A stretch of DNA of 63,900 nucleotides, the filler included, from Globobulimina sp. (lineage: Eukaryota), in the NCBI GenBank assembly GCA_003354225.1. It is 51 parts of 51 records of this genome, joined end to end, with 100 filler letters (N's around TTAATTAATTAA, not from the genome) between each part and the next. Parts side by side here need not be neighbours in the genome. Positions count along the whole stretch, not along the records: positions 1 to 1,156 come from PIVH01022125.1; positions 1,257 to 2,412 come from PIVH01022126.1; positions 2,513 to 3,668 come from PIVH01022127.1; positions 3,769 to 4,924 come from PIVH01022128.1; positions 5,025 to 6,180 come from PIVH01022129.1; positions 6,281 to 7,436 come from PIVH01022130.1; positions 7,537 to 8,692 come from PIVH01022131.1; positions 8,793 to 9,948 come from PIVH01022132.1; 43 more parts are not named here. One strand, 5' to 3'. Under the pieces are notes generated by a model, which worked only from the letters and a program-made list of their open reading frames with translations, made no database searches and was not told the origin of the DNA. The number at the start of each line of letters is the position of its first letter. The stretch's first letter is position 1. This document shows positions 1 through 13,085 of the stretch, in pieces. A program made the position numbers and the translations under genes.

Positions 1-60
1 GCTTTTTACTTGATTTCAAAAAATGTCGTTTCTTGAAAAAAGTAAATCGGGACGAGTCGA

Positions 61-156
61 TTTTAGATTGTCCTAAATATGATTTTTGATTCGTCGTAGA
101 TACTTTTATACGAAGATAATCAATGAGAATCATATTTAGGATCTCCAATCTAAAAG
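61..156. repeat. Imperfect inverted repeat (hairpin/MITE-like)
   Basis: TTTTAGATTGTCCTAAATATGATT (61-84) is the reverse complement of AATCATATTTAGGA(TCTC)CAATCTAAAA (128-156). Confidence 0.7.
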
Positions 157-224
157 ACAAGTGTAGACATTGGAGACATGAAATGTAACGGTCTCGAAAA
201 TCACTTAGTTGGCCATAGTCAATT
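128..224 (+). repeat. Dispersed ~97-bp repeat, copy 1
   Basis: Near-identical to the reverse complement of 63784-63880 on another contig. Confidence 0.9.
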
Positions 225-648
225 CTATGAATTTCATTGAAAAACATGCTTTTATATATTTAAACACAATATTAACACGCAAAGGAAGATATTTTATTAA
301 ATTCCATCGATTAATATGGTCAAAATCGGCTAAATTCCGTACATATTGCCACCATTAAAACGGCGGATATCAACACATTAAAACGATCAGAATCGATTCA
401 TGAATACCACCAATATCGATCAATAAAAACGGACATATTCCAAAATCCATACATTAATACCGCCATATTCCATATATTAATACGCCAAAATCCATATAAT
501 ATTACGGCCAAATTCTATATCCATTAATACGGCCAAATCACATGCAAGAAACAACCAAAAACCAGAATAGCACGTTAGAGCACTAGCAGGCGGAGCACTA
601 AGTTATATTATTATTTTTTATCTTTTTATTATCATTTTACCTTCCTGC

Positions 649-718
649 CATACTGGGAACGCGTACGCTGGTAATACTGGGAACGCGTATGTCATACTGG
701 GAACGCGTACGCTGGTCA
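649..718 (+). repeat. Short tandem repeat (3x ATACTGGGAACGCGTA)
   Basis: Three copies, read directly. Confidence 0.85.
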
Positions 719-731
719 TTGGGTTTCGTTT

Positions 732-1156
732 GTGAGTATGAAAGAGGGTGGCGATGATTACCGTTTTTTTGACGATTCACTCAAACCAATCCCATGTATC
801 TTTGATGAAATATTTGCTGAGAACACAGGGTTGCCCTCTGACCCAACACCTTCATTATTTTTATATCGCTGCAAACGGAATAATTTAACACCACCACAAA
901 CTTCAAATGTATTATCAGTGTCAGATACGCCACCACCCCCACCTTGTGATTCGATTAATAATGTATCAGATACACCAAATAATAACGTTTTAACACCTTC
1001 CGATTCGAAACGGAATAATTTAACACCCCCACAAACGGCAAATGTATTATCAGTGTCAGATACACCACCACCACCATGTGATTCTATTAAAAATATTGTT
1101 TTGCCACCAATTCCAACACCAACACCAATTCCAACACCAATTGCCAGCAATTCCAC
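732..1156 (+). CDS. Pro-rich low-complexity ORF with internal 135-bp duplication (partial)
   Basis: KRNNLTPPQT..VSDTPPPP.CDSI occurs twice; PTPI repeats; GTG start uncertain. Confidence 0.3.
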
Positions 1157-1256
1157 NNNNNNNNNNNNNNNNNNNNNNNNNNNNNNNNNNNNNNNNNNNN
1201 TTAATTAATTAANNNNNNNNNNNNNNNNNNNNNNNNNNNNNNNNNNNNNNNNNNNN
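1157..1256. other. Artificial contig-joining spacer (first of 50; recurs about every 1255 bp)
   Basis: N44-TTAATTAATTAA-N44 gives stops in all six frames; intervening contigs fall from 1156 to 1154 bp. Confidence 0.99.
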
Positions 1257-2333
1257 CAAATTATTCAAATTAAAACAGCCAGTAATTAGTCGAAAGTATT
1301 CATCAAACTCAAAGTCATACAATTTGAACTCAAATCCGTTTTTAATATGATATTTATTCAAATATTTAGCATCATCTGGACTTAAAATGAAATACTTTCT
1401 CCATAATTTATGAATCATGGAAGGGAAGAAGCGGATACATTGACCATTGAAATGCCAATATAACCGATGTTTGTCAGAGCAATGCAAATGGAATGATAAA
1501 ATAAATAAATATTCATAATGTGAAACAGATTTTGTTCTTTGATGCATAATACCATCATTTTCAACAATATTATTTTTAAGTCGATACAAATAGATTGGAT
1601 TCTTAATTTGCCTGCGATTTATGATAAATATATATCGCGACTCTTTCATTTGATAGTCGTTGCATTTTGCGTGCAATTCGTCAATCATTGTCTTGAACTT
1701 ATTATAAATTATATTTACAGACTCAAATGAATCCAAATTATAATTATTATCATCGCCAAACCAGGATTCCACATATTTTGCATTGGAAGACCGGAAATCC
1801 GCAGTTGCAAAATTAATGTGCGAGTATTCAATATCCGTGTTTCTTATTATATTCTTGACATTTTTTGGAACAAACATCAAATCGAACTGCAAAGGACATA
1901 GATTCTTATTCAAAGCCAGCGATAAATGGTTTAAATATTTATTGAATGCAAATAAAAAATGAATGTAGATCTTGATATCATCGTTTATGATAAAAGTGTT
2001 TTTGGAAGGAATGTTGAATGAATTTATAATATTTTCATCAAAATAATCAATTGCATTCTGAAAAACAGTCGTTTCTTCGGTCAAAATGTTGTTATCGATA
2101 TCGATGCAATATTCACGAAATTGTGTGATTGAAAAATGTATATTTCTGTAGCATAAATAGCATTTATTCACCATATAAATACAATACACGTCCCATAATA
2201 ATGATATTTCGACATCGCTGTAATTCCATAAATTCTTATCAATGCTTCCAATGTTATCGGTCATTGTTTTGTTATTAAATTGATTGCGAATTTGTTCTAT
2301 TGAATCATCAAAAATGGTTTGTAAAACATCCAC
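1257..2333 (-). CDS. Hypothetical protein (3' truncated)
   Basis: About 360 open codons in AT-rich DNA; no motif recognised. Confidence 0.55.
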
Positions 2334-3245
2334 ATTGTTATAATTGGTTTCTTTTATGCATAAAGAACGAAATAATTCTGTAATTACAATGGGCCGCGCG
2401 AATGATAATAAANNNNNNNNNNNNNNNNNNNNNNNNNNNNNNNNNNNNNNNNNNNNTTAATTAATTAANNNNNNNNNNNNNNNNNNNNNNNNNNNNNNNN
2501 NNNNNNNNNNNNGACAAATCAAGGCAGACAAAGTGCATCCAATCATGTGACCAACAGTAAAATTAAAAGCAGATTAGGTTGTGCCAATACAAAATATGCA
2601 GATACAGCCAGCTTTGCAGAGGCATTGGATTTGGTGAAAAGTATGCATTCTGCGGGGCAGTTACTATCTGTAGGGAGTTTGGGCTTAGATGTGAGCATTT
2701 GAGGCGGATCGGAGGGACGGAACAGATCTAGCATTGAGTTGCCTGGCTATCAGAATGATTTAGTAACATTGCTTTATAATTATATACTTTGACAGTGAAT
2801 ATACCCATTGTTTGTTATTTAATCCATGGCGGTACGGTGGCATTACGTGATCGATGCCTATACTGAATGTGATGCGATATTGGATGCGTGGTATCGGGAC
2901 AAATGGGTGCTTTGGGTATTTCTGATGTGGTTTTTGGTGAATATAACCCAGAGTGTCGCACATCGCATGTATTGCCAGCCGTGGGGGATATGAATGAATT
3001 TCGTTTGTGTTGACTGTGTTTGCTTGTTCGTTCCTTTTTGTTTACAAAAGGTCACGAAATCGTACCGTTTCTGTGGAAAGAGCCTTATACAACTCCGATC
3101 TAAAAACATTTTTAATAAACTTCAATAGAATATGCTTAGTTGGCTATCTACCTCAGAAACATTAATAAACTCACAATAAATAATCACAAACAACCATTGA
3201 TAATATCAAAGCTTAGCTAGGATTAGCGAGGATTTTCATTTTAAA

Positions 3246-3668
3246 ATGGCAAACAAAGAAACAATCATAAAAACAGGATCCACAGTGACTAAAACAGAGA
3301 AGTTTCCTTTAAAAATATTCAAAACAAACGCAACAAAATGTAATATTAATAATAACAAGAAAGAAGGTGGAATTATAAAGAATTGCGATCATCTATTACG
3401 AATTGCATATTGTTTACGATATTTTCAATTATTATGTAAAAAAAACAATGATTTAAATTCGCAACAAATATTGATTGAATTTTGTAGTAACTCATATTTA
3501 ATGTGTTTAGAAGATTATATTCATTTAATGACAAAACATTATGAGACTCAAACATTAAATAAAATTAGTTATGATTTGCAAAAATGTCATAATATGGAAA
3601 TATGTGCAAATATGAATGACTGTAAATGGACAAAAAGACATTATCGAAATAGAGAGGATGAGAAAAAT
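3246..3668 (+). CDS. Hypothetical protein N-terminus
   Basis: ATG after AAAA; open to contig end; Cys/His pattern (EDYIHL..KH, C...RHYR). Confidence 0.5.
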
Positions 3669-4380
3669 NNNNNNNNNNNNNNNNNNNNNNNNNNNNNNNN
3701 NNNNNNNNNNNNTTAATTAATTAANNNNNNNNNNNNNNNNNNNNNNNNNNNNNNNNNNNNNNNNNNNNACATTAGATGCTGAATTTTAATTATTAGCCAT
3801 TTAACTAAATTTAACTAAATTTAATTAAGAATTGGCCAAACAATGAAGGTTTTACTTTTGTGGGGGCTTTGTTGATTTGGTCTGACCTATTAACTTTTGT
3901 CTTTTTTATTGAAACTATTAACTTTTTTTTCCATTTTTTTGGTTTGTTTTTTTATTTACTTGAGTTGTCAATTAATTATTTAAATTATACTTTTTTTTTA
4001 AATTCGAGAAATTTCTGATCAAAATATATTTCTCCGTGTTGGTCGGAATAAACTCAAGTTTAGCAGGAACAAACACAAATAAATGACCGATATATGCGCG
4101 TGCAGAGCCCATACTACCTTTGGAAACACCGAGTGTTTGAACAATTTAAAATCATATGTAGATTTACATGCAAAATGTCCGGCCTATTTCGGCATATCAA
4201 AATGTTTTTGGGTACCCCATGTTTTGCCTAGCAATATTAATGCACTGTGTTTACATAAAAAGCAGTGGCTAAACAGTAAATATACTGTTTGTCTCGTTGT
4301 ATATGCTATCGGTTTCCATCAAAACATTTTATTTTTTGAGTTTTTTTGTTTGGGTTTTTTGAGTGTCAGCAGTTGAAACC

Positions 4381-4924
4381 ATGAGCGAATGGAAACCCCC
4401 ATCATTTATGAACGAAGTGTTGGACCAAGATGCCAGCTCTTTTTTAAATGAAAAAAAAAGACATACTGGCACACCAAAGGCAACAGAACCACCAAAAAAG
4501 AAAAAGAAAAAGAAAAAGAAAAAAGAAAAAACACCGGTACCAGAGCCGGAACCAGAACCAATCGAAGTGATTGAATGTGTGACTCCTGAACCTGTGCAAA
4601 TTACATATCAAGATTGGATATTTCAATATTAGATTCAGATTGTAATAATTTGATCCATTTAACGCAATTTCAAGCTCATTTTAAAGAAATCAATCCTCAA
4701 CTTTCAGAAACTATATTTCTTGATATTGACAGTGATAAAGATAAATGGATTTCGACCTATCAATATCAAGTATGGAGGGATTTATTAGATATCGATGCAT
4801 TGCAAACATTGAGGGATAATTATAACAAATATCCAGTATGTTTCTGTAATATTTCTCTCGCAAATTCGCAATATATAAATACTAAAAACGAAACTAACAA
4901 GGAACCAGAACCTGAGCCAGAGCC
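4381..4924 (+). CDS. EF-hand-like protein with Lys tract and EP repeats (apparent frameshift near 4625)
   Basis: LDSDCNNLIH and IDSDKDKWIS resemble EF loops; two overlapping ORFs; probable intron near 4837-4900. Confidence 0.4.
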
Positions 4925-5378
4925 NNNNNNNNNNNNNNNNNNNNNNNNNNNNNNNNNNNNNNNNNNNNTTAATTAATTAANNNNNNNNNNNNNNNNNNNN
5001 NNNNNNNNNNNNNNNNNNNNNNNNGTGGATAGTGATACCAAAAATTTGATGATGGTTATTGTGGCAGTGGCTAGTGTATGTGGGTGTGTGGTGTGTGTTT
5101 TATGCGTTGTTTGTTTGGTGTTTTTGAGGAGAAAATGTGTTCGAGGGCATGGGTATGTTGGTGGTTATGAATTAGCTGCAGTTTAATCTTAAAACAAACT
5201 TGATTGATATTTGTCTTAATTGTCTTTCATTTTTCGTGTGTTTTTTTTCAAAAAATAATAAGTGCGAAAAAACGATGTCTATGATTCGAGCGTCACAGAG
5301 ATTATTTTTTGTTCGATCTTTGTCATTGAATTTGAAATAATACTTCATAATCCAACACTTGAAAAGATGACTGAGCAT

Positions 5379-5880
5379 TTACCCAATTTGCTCTGACCGT
5401 CCCTCCACACAGTGACCCTTTGAATACCCATAATTATAAACTGATTTCTGAGTAGAACTCCTCGCAGTATCGCAATCCTCCTGAATCCATATGTCACCAC
5501 TATGACCAAACACAGGTCCATAATATGAATTATGCAACACAGCCTTATCAGATTTATTCTATTTAATATCAAACAATAATGGGCATTGCTTTTGTTCCGA
5601 TTCATTACCTGACCGAATGAGAAATAAAAATGCATTTTTGTCTTTAGTATTCCAATTATGTTTTGATGCCCATGGCACACTTGTATATCCTCCAAATATA
5701 TCCCCGAAATTACTTTGAATAATTGTTATCGTTTGTCTTTTGCCATCGCATTTGTTATGGAAATCTTTCCCTTTGAATCAATTTTCCGTTGCTCGGAATA
5801 ATAGTTTAAATCTTTTCATATTTGATACTTTGGTCAATAATGATTGAACGAACCTCATATCCTCTTCCATCGTCAGTAAT
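5379..5880 (-). pseudogene. TLDc-domain pseudogene
   Basis: FKLLFRATEN*FKGKDFHNKCDGKRQTITIIQSNFGDIFGGYTSVPW...AFLF...YGPVFG with in-frame TGA (5778-5780) and TAG (5559-5561). Confidence 0.8.
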
Positions 5881-6285
5881 TTTGAACCTACGATACCTTT
5901 GGAGAATGAGGCACATTGATTTTATTGAATTTATTTTCATATTCATTCCGGATGTAATGCCATATGATTACTTTAGAATAGGACGTGTTTAGAATATTGC
6001 CTTTTGGAAATTTTTGATTTAAAGAGCTTATTCTAAACTCGTCATGTTTTAAATTCGTGACGTATAGAATATTACATTCATACGCCCATAGGCTATAAAC
6101 AGGCAGTGTTTCAAAAACGAAATGTTTTGAATTCAAACTGTAATTTTAAAAACAATGTGTTTCAAACAGGTCCTATTCTANNNNNNNNNNNNNNNNNNNN
6201 NNNNNNNNNNNNNNNNNNNNNNNNTTAATTAATTAANNNNNNNNNNNNNNNNNNNNNNNNNNNNNNNNNNNNNNNNNNNNTTGCA

Positions 6286-7436
6286 ATGGACGCAGACGAA
6301 GATGAAGAAGAAGAAGAAGAAGAAGAAAAAGAAGAACAACCACCGGTAGATATATTAGCTGAGCATTTGCACGAAATAGAACAAGAAGAGGATACAAATA
6401 CAAATCAAGAAGAAGCAAATCCGAATACAAATACAAAGACATTTAATATCACTGAAAAAGGTAAAAATATAATGGGAAATATTAATGTCGATGATTTTGC
6501 CAAATATCGCGATATTATGGGCATAACAGAATTATCAGAAAAAATTGACAACGCGAATTTTCTACAAAATCAAACATTGCAAACCGTTTCTGAAGAAACC
6601 AAAAAAACGATAACAAATATTAAGCGATCGGGCAAACTCCAATTAGCAGAATTTGCGAAATTACGCGAAGCAGTGAGTCAAGTACAAGTGGACCAGGATG
6701 AAATGCAAAAAATGATAAAAACATCAAATGCAAATTGTCCCTCATTGATAAAAGAAATTGTTCAACAATCAATAAATACATCATTTAGTACATTAAGTTT
6801 GGAGAATTTCAACCGTTCACCGTGTTTATTCTCCGCCGCTTCGTCAATGAACCAATCATTGATGCACCAAAACCCCAAAACGAACTGGTTAGATAACTTA
6901 GAATCGCATTATCAAGACACAAATGATAAAATTGATGCATTGACGACTTATTTGCGTTCATTAAAACTGGATCAACGAATAATTACAGTTTATAAGAAAA
7001 TCGATGACAAAATTAATCAGTTAAAAGACAATGATGAAACCGGTGAAAAAATCAAAAAGATATTACATTCAATTCAATTTGAACAAGAATCACATTCGAA
7101 ATTAATTGATAACTCATTAGATACATTTCGCGAATTATTCGAAGATGATTTAACACAAATTATGGCATTTATTTCTGATATGAAATCGCAGAGTATTTCA
7201 CCGATTAAAAAATCAAAATCAATGAATGAAGATATTAATATGAATTACAATGATGTGATTGATACAAATTGTAATCGATTAAACGAAACGTTTATGAGTC
7301 AATTTGTAATAGTTTTAGTAAATAATTTATCCACAGCGGCTGACAATAATTTTCATAAATTATTTTTGATTATAATTAAAATAATAAATAGTTTGATTTA
7401 TTTTCAATGGCAACCAATGAGTAAATCGAATTGTGT
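6286..7436 (+). CDS. Acidic/coiled-coil hypothetical protein (partial)
   Basis: Open across the whole contig; poly-Glu start; helical composition. Confidence 0.55.
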
Positions 7437-7536
7437 NNNNNNNNNNNNNNNNNNNNNNNNNNNNNNNNNNNNNNNNNNNNTTAATTAATTAANNNNNNNN
7501 NNNNNNNNNNNNNNNNNNNNNNNNNNNNNNNNNNNN

Positions 7537-8112
7537 GGCTGCATGTAACAAGCAGAAATGTGTGAAATTGTGCGCATTATAATGAATAGAAACGCTTTTA
7601 GAATAATTAACTTTTTGTAAATGTATCCTTAATGTCGCAACTTTATCGTATAGCTTTGTTTGGGCACAGACCGCATTGGCTTTCTTTAATTGAAAAGAAT
7701 GAGGTTTGGCTTCTTTTTTTTTATCAATAAGATATCTCTCTTCTTTTGCTTGCAATTTATTGGCTTTCTCCATTTGTTTATTCATCATCGATGAAAATGC
7801 TGTAAAATCGTACGCATTTTTGCCTGAAGTATCGGTTACAATACCGGCTGTTTTCTCGTTTTCATCTTCAAATAAAGTATCAAATTCTTCCTGGTCGATA
7901 TCGACATCGCCATCATCGTCACTCTCAAATACTGGGATTACTCGCAATGGTTCATCAGCATTGTCAATGTCTGAATCGTTGTCATCAGACTCAATGTTAA
8001 TGTCAATATCGTTATCGATATCGTTGTTCCATTTTTTTAATTCATTGCGAGATATTACTGTTCCACGGTATGAATCGCCTAAATCAATGTCGCGAATACG
8101 ACTTGGATTCAC
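7537..8112 (-). CDS. Asp-rich hypothetical protein fragment
   Basis: Open frame with D/E-rich segment. Confidence 0.4.
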
Positions 8113-8431
8113 TTCTCTGTGTGTTTTTTGTGTTGCTGTTGCTTTTTTTCATGTGTTTTATAGGTGCAATTACTTAACACATCAACGCCAGTATCAATAA
8201 ATTCATTTTTAGCAATTGTATCGTCATCAAATGCCGTTTCTGGATCTAGTTCTTTTGTTTTTTGTGTTTTTGAATTAGTTTTTGATGGTAATTTGAATTG
8301 AAGGTAACTTAACCAGGCGCGGTATCAAATAATTGAGCAATTCTCTGTCCTAAGAATGCCATGATTAGCGGAAAAATGTTTTGAATCACTTAAAAAAAAA
8401 CTCATCCTGCACTACTGAATAATTATATATA

Positions 8432-8692
8432 ATGGCAACTTGTAAACTTGTTTATAGTTATTCAAACCAGGCAGCTTTGTTGAGTTCATTAATAGCTGTA
8501 TATTTTGTGTTGATCCTTATTGTTGCTGCATATTCATTCAACTATTTAGATGAATATAGATCTACCAAATATAAAGATTTAAATCTATTCATTAAGTTCA
8601 AATGGTACATCAAAGATTTATTTTATAGACGATTATCAGCATCAATTAGTATAATCTCCATCCATTTATTGGATCAAATCACTGATTTATCA
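8432..8692 (+). CDS. Membrane protein N-terminus
   Basis: Hydrophobic helix; IHLLDQITD motif; truncated by contig end. Confidence 0.45.
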
Positions 8693-8792
8693 NNNNNNNN
8701 NNNNNNNNNNNNNNNNNNNNNNNNNNNNNNNNNNNNTTAATTAATTAANNNNNNNNNNNNNNNNNNNNNNNNNNNNNNNNNNNNNNNNNNNN

Positions 8793-9830
8793 ATAATTCG
8801 TATCCGTATAATTTTGTATAATAGTAACTAATCCGAACGAAGATTTTAAATTAGAATGCGGCGACGGAGGCTGTCAAGATTTAGTTTTAACCATAATTAT
8901 AAATGATAACACCAATGGATGGGAAGAAATAAGTTGTGGAGCTAGCAATGGGTGCAATGGAGCTGTCATTGAAATTATCAACAATGGTGCCAACACCTTA
9001 AAAATTGAAACGTTGGATTGCGAGGCCTTTGCGGCCTGCAAAGATGCACAGTTTATTTTAACCGGAGATGTTATTATAGAAGAATGTAAATGTAGTGACT
9101 AGTATGGATGTTTTGGAGCTACTATCAATACGGCAGACTGCTTAATGTTAACTTCTATTTATAGCCCAATCTGAGGCACAACACCAAGTTATACATCATA
9201 ACCTAACCAGAGATACAAGTGTCACAGTGGTCGGTCCCGAGGGTCAAAATTGTGTTTGGTATCCGGACAACGGAGCGCCCCAAGTTTGTACCAGTCAAAG
9301 TGCGCCGTGGCACTCCATAAAGTCAAGGGATAAAATAGAATGTGACCGTGCCTCAGATTGCTGTTTATGCGAATCCATTTCTTGTAGAAATTGCGACGAG
9401 TTTAAAGCCAGTGGTGATTTTGCCGCATTTATGAATACTGAGATTAGCATCGCAGGAACAGCGGAGGACGCAGCCTCTATTGACTGTGGTGGTTATTCCT
9501 CGTGCGAAGGAACAGTACTTTCAGGGAGCTACATTAAAGAAGCAAAGTGCAATGCGTATCGAGCCTGTTATGGTATACTATGGGACATTGCATGCAGTTC
9601 AGAGGATTTATGTGGAATTGAATGCGACGAAGAATCGGCCTGCGAACAGGCAACAATTACCGCTACAAATGTGAAACACTTCAAATGTGATGGAAATAGG
9701 GCTTGTTTGGGCGGCGAGTTTGCGTTCAGCTGCGATGAAAATGAGGAATGTGAGATTGAATGCGATGGGGATCAGTCCTGTTTGGGTGCTGTTATTGATG
9801 TGAGCAATGTTGATGGCTTAAAATGTAATG
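8793..9830 (+). CDS. Cys-rich repeat surface protein (spliced, partial)
   Basis: Repeated C-x4-5-(S/A)C-x6-7 units (IDCGGYSSCEG, KCNAYRACYG, ECDGDQSCLG); the same pattern occurs in an upstream exon at 8793-9140. Confidence 0.7.
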
Positions 9831-11305
9831 TATATTTTTGTGCGAAAAAAGCTCTATTTTTTCCGAACTTCAGTTGCCTTCGTTTGAGCGTTTACTCACA
9901 AAAAACTTTGTACTTAATAGCAATTGTCACAAATCATGGGTTGTTGTGNNNNNNNNNNNNNNNNNNNNNNNNNNNNNNNNNNNNNNNNNNNNTTAATTAA
10001 TTAANNNNNNNNNNNNNNNNNNNNNNNNNNNNNNNNNNNNNNNNNNNNCTCCCAACTCCCACGCAATCCATACAAAAAGTCCATATTAATATACACACCA
10101 AATATCTCCGTTTTTTTATTTTGTATAATAGTACCATTCAAAAGCCAGGAGGCTCTATGTTATGGTTTTAAATATCCGGATGGGCGGAATTGCATAGTTT
10201 GGTACGATAAATGCCCGGCGAAAGTTCGTTATTATTTTGGGCTAATATTATGGATAAGTAATATGGATAGAATATGGATAGGAAATGGCGAACGGAATGC
10301 AGAATATCACTGCTTATGCCTTAATCAATGATTGGCTGAAATTTATAATGGAATTGGAGCAAATGATCACTCCTTAAAAGCTATCGGGAAAACAGCACAG
10401 AAACGCTATAATTAAATATATTCTGTGTCTGTATAGTGATAACTGTCATAATTATCAATTATGAATGTTAATAAAACTATTAATATTAATAAGGTATTTA
10501 AGTTCACAGAATCATGCGCACGGAATTACAAATTGAGTGCGAGGATAAAAAAACACAAGAAAAAAAAACATAAGAAAAAAATATGAACCAAAAAATGAAA
10601 AAAAATGAAAAAAATATCCAATATTTAATACAATGCTGAGTCATCATTCGGATCACAAAAAGCACACTAAAATAAAATAAAAAAAAATTGATATATACAA
10701 TCATTGATTTTTACATTATATGATCAATAATTAGATTTATGTTGGCTTCCAATGATATTTCACCTTTTGATGGCAATGCGAGCGGTCCATCAAATCTTAA
10801 GCAATCACTTCTGAATAATACAAATTCATCCATTGCAACTTCCTCCTTTGAATTCTCCAATAAATGGGATAATTGCTAAATGCATATGGGCTAATTGCAT
10901 AAATCGAACATAAACAATATAAATAAAAACATACTTTCAATTGTGCAGCTTTCCTGGATGTACTGTGTAACACTGCATTGATAGGTGTTGATGAATATTT
11001 ACGCGGACAATTTGAACTAGCCCTAATTTTGTTGGTTTTGACTTTTTGTGACATGATCAAGCAACAATTATTGAAAAAATGTGAAAATTTAAAGTGGAAA
11101 ACTTCTCACATATAATTGAAAAAAATGTACACAACTTATCGCCATGGGAGGTGGGGTTATTAGTAATGGGATAATGTATTTAAATTCACAGAATCATGCG
11201 CACGNNNNNNNNNNNNNNNNNNNNNNNNNNNNNNNNNNNNNNNNNNNNTTAATTAATTAANNNNNNNNNNNNNNNNNNNNNNNNNNNNNNNNNNNNNNNN
11301 NNNNC

Positions 11306-12460
11306 AAATATAATAATATGATGAGTAAGAAATTGGATAAAATGAATAAAAAAATTGATATTATTAACAGCATTGACAGTGATTGGTATAAATACAAACT
11401 GTTGAATTCGTGCGAGAAATTTGAGAATTTTAACTATTTTCTACAATGTAACGATAAAATACCTGAAGTTAATCAAGATGGAGAGTTTATAATTGATTTA
11501 AATAATAATTGGATAAATAAAGCAAATAGAATACATGAAAAAATATTAAAGTCCGCAATCAATATACCAATCGATGACGAAACAGAAATGGACGTTGACG
11601 ATGAAAAAGAATTTGAAAATAATATTTTATACGAAGTAAACAACAAATTAAAAATGAATTGTATGACATCATTGTATAAAAAATGTATTGAGAGCAAAGT
11701 ATATCATGATATCTTTAATAATGCGAGTATCAAACAAAAAATTATGATGTTAGCAAGACGGTCAAATAAAAGTATGGCTTTTTTAAATAATATCATTGGA
11801 ATTGATTGGTTGAATGAAATGAATATAAACAACAACGATTTAAATTTATTAATAAGAATATTATACGGACTGCCATTAATAGAAAAAAATAAGAAAATTA
11901 TATGTAACCAATGCCACAAACACGTACATCACGAAAATGTAATTGAACATATGAATAAATGCAGATTTGGACCCAAAGCACATCATTTTAGACATGACAA
12001 AATTGCATATTATCTGTATCAATTATTTAACGACGAATTTGATAATGTTGAGTATGAAACGAAATCGAGAAAGAGCGGGAAAGTAAAAGAGAAGCCCGAT
12101 ATTTGGGTGCGTAACACCGTGGAATATGAGAAGGACAGACACAGCAAATTGATGCTGGATGTCATTATAAGCGATATATTTAGTGATGAGAATAAGAGAA
12201 ATACAGAGAACGGCAATATCACACATTTTATGGCCGGAAAAATAGGAGAAAAAAAGAAGTTGGCTATATATGAAAATCGATTCGAATCGGATTTATTAAA
12301 CGGATTTAAATTTAAACCATTGGCATTTGATAGTTTTGGTGGAATGAGCAAAAAAGTAAAACAAACTTGCAATGCAGCACTAAATTACAAAGCAAATAGA
12401 TTAAGCCACGATATTATGATTGAAAAGAATAATTTTTATGCGAAATTTTCAATTTTTATT
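11306..12460 (+). mobile_element. Non-LTR retrotransposon C-terminus with CCHC knuckle and restriction-like endonuclease (CRE-like)
   Basis: CNQC-x12-H-x3-C, then RHD, KPDI, LMLDV, KKLAIY and FKPLAFDSFGG; motif order typical of RLE-type elements. Confidence 0.85.
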
Positions 12461-12675
12461 NNNNNNNNNNNNNNNNNNNNNNNNNNNNNNNNNNNNNNNN
12501 NNNNTTAATTAATTAANNNNNNNNNNNNNNNNNNNNNNNNNNNNNNNNNNNNNNNNNNNNTGCCTTCCATGATAAGGATCCTAATTTGCAACCATATTCA
12601 TTCAATATTACTATCTATTATATCCACACCAAGGCATTCATCATTGTCATTAATCACCGCAATTGAATGTAATTA

Positions 12676-13085
12676 GTGAGCCGTGCATTTAGATTCGAGC
12701 TGGTGAATATTCGGTCAAGCTTTTGGAAAACTGCAGAAAACTGTACGTTACCATCGACCATTTCACAGGAAGCAAAAAGTCAATTGGTAATGGAATCAAA
12801 GTACATGAAAGATTCTTTGACGATGTTTTTATTAAACCATTTTGTCATTATTGGTGGCGAATGCGGACAAAAGGATATTATGTCAAATGCGAATTCGAGT
12901 CGGAGAAAAAACACAAAATACCCCGATTATATGATGACTTTACCGGATGGAACTAAATTGGTGATCGAGGTGCAAGACCATTCGAAACATTTTACCAAGA
13001 AAGGATTGTAAGCAGATCGATCAAAGATTTATTTTATTGCACAAGCAACAAAGAATAAAGTTATTGTGATATTTATTTCGTTTTG
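12676..13085 (+). pseudogene. PD-(D/E)xK / Vsr-DUF559-like endonuclease fragment with in-frame stop
   Basis: YPDY..LPDGTKLVIEVQDHSKH..GL*ADRSK...VIVIFI. Confidence 0.45.

Noticed and set aside
758-1156. Minus-strand Gly/Val-rich ORF
   Set aside because: Antisense shadow of the Pro/Thr-rich repeat
1157-1256. Regularly spaced TTAATTAATTAA palindromes as a biological repeat or telomere
   Set aside because: Always embedded in fixed N44 blocks; this is an assembly spacer
3140-3160. TTGGCTATCTA shared with 29881-29891 as a spliced leader or regulatory motif
   Set aside because: Only 11 bp, different contexts, compatible with chance
5379-5880. Stop-codon reassignment
   Set aside because: Both TGA and TAG interrupt this TLDc copy while conserved genes elsewhere are stop-free and end in TAA/TGA; pseudogene is simpler
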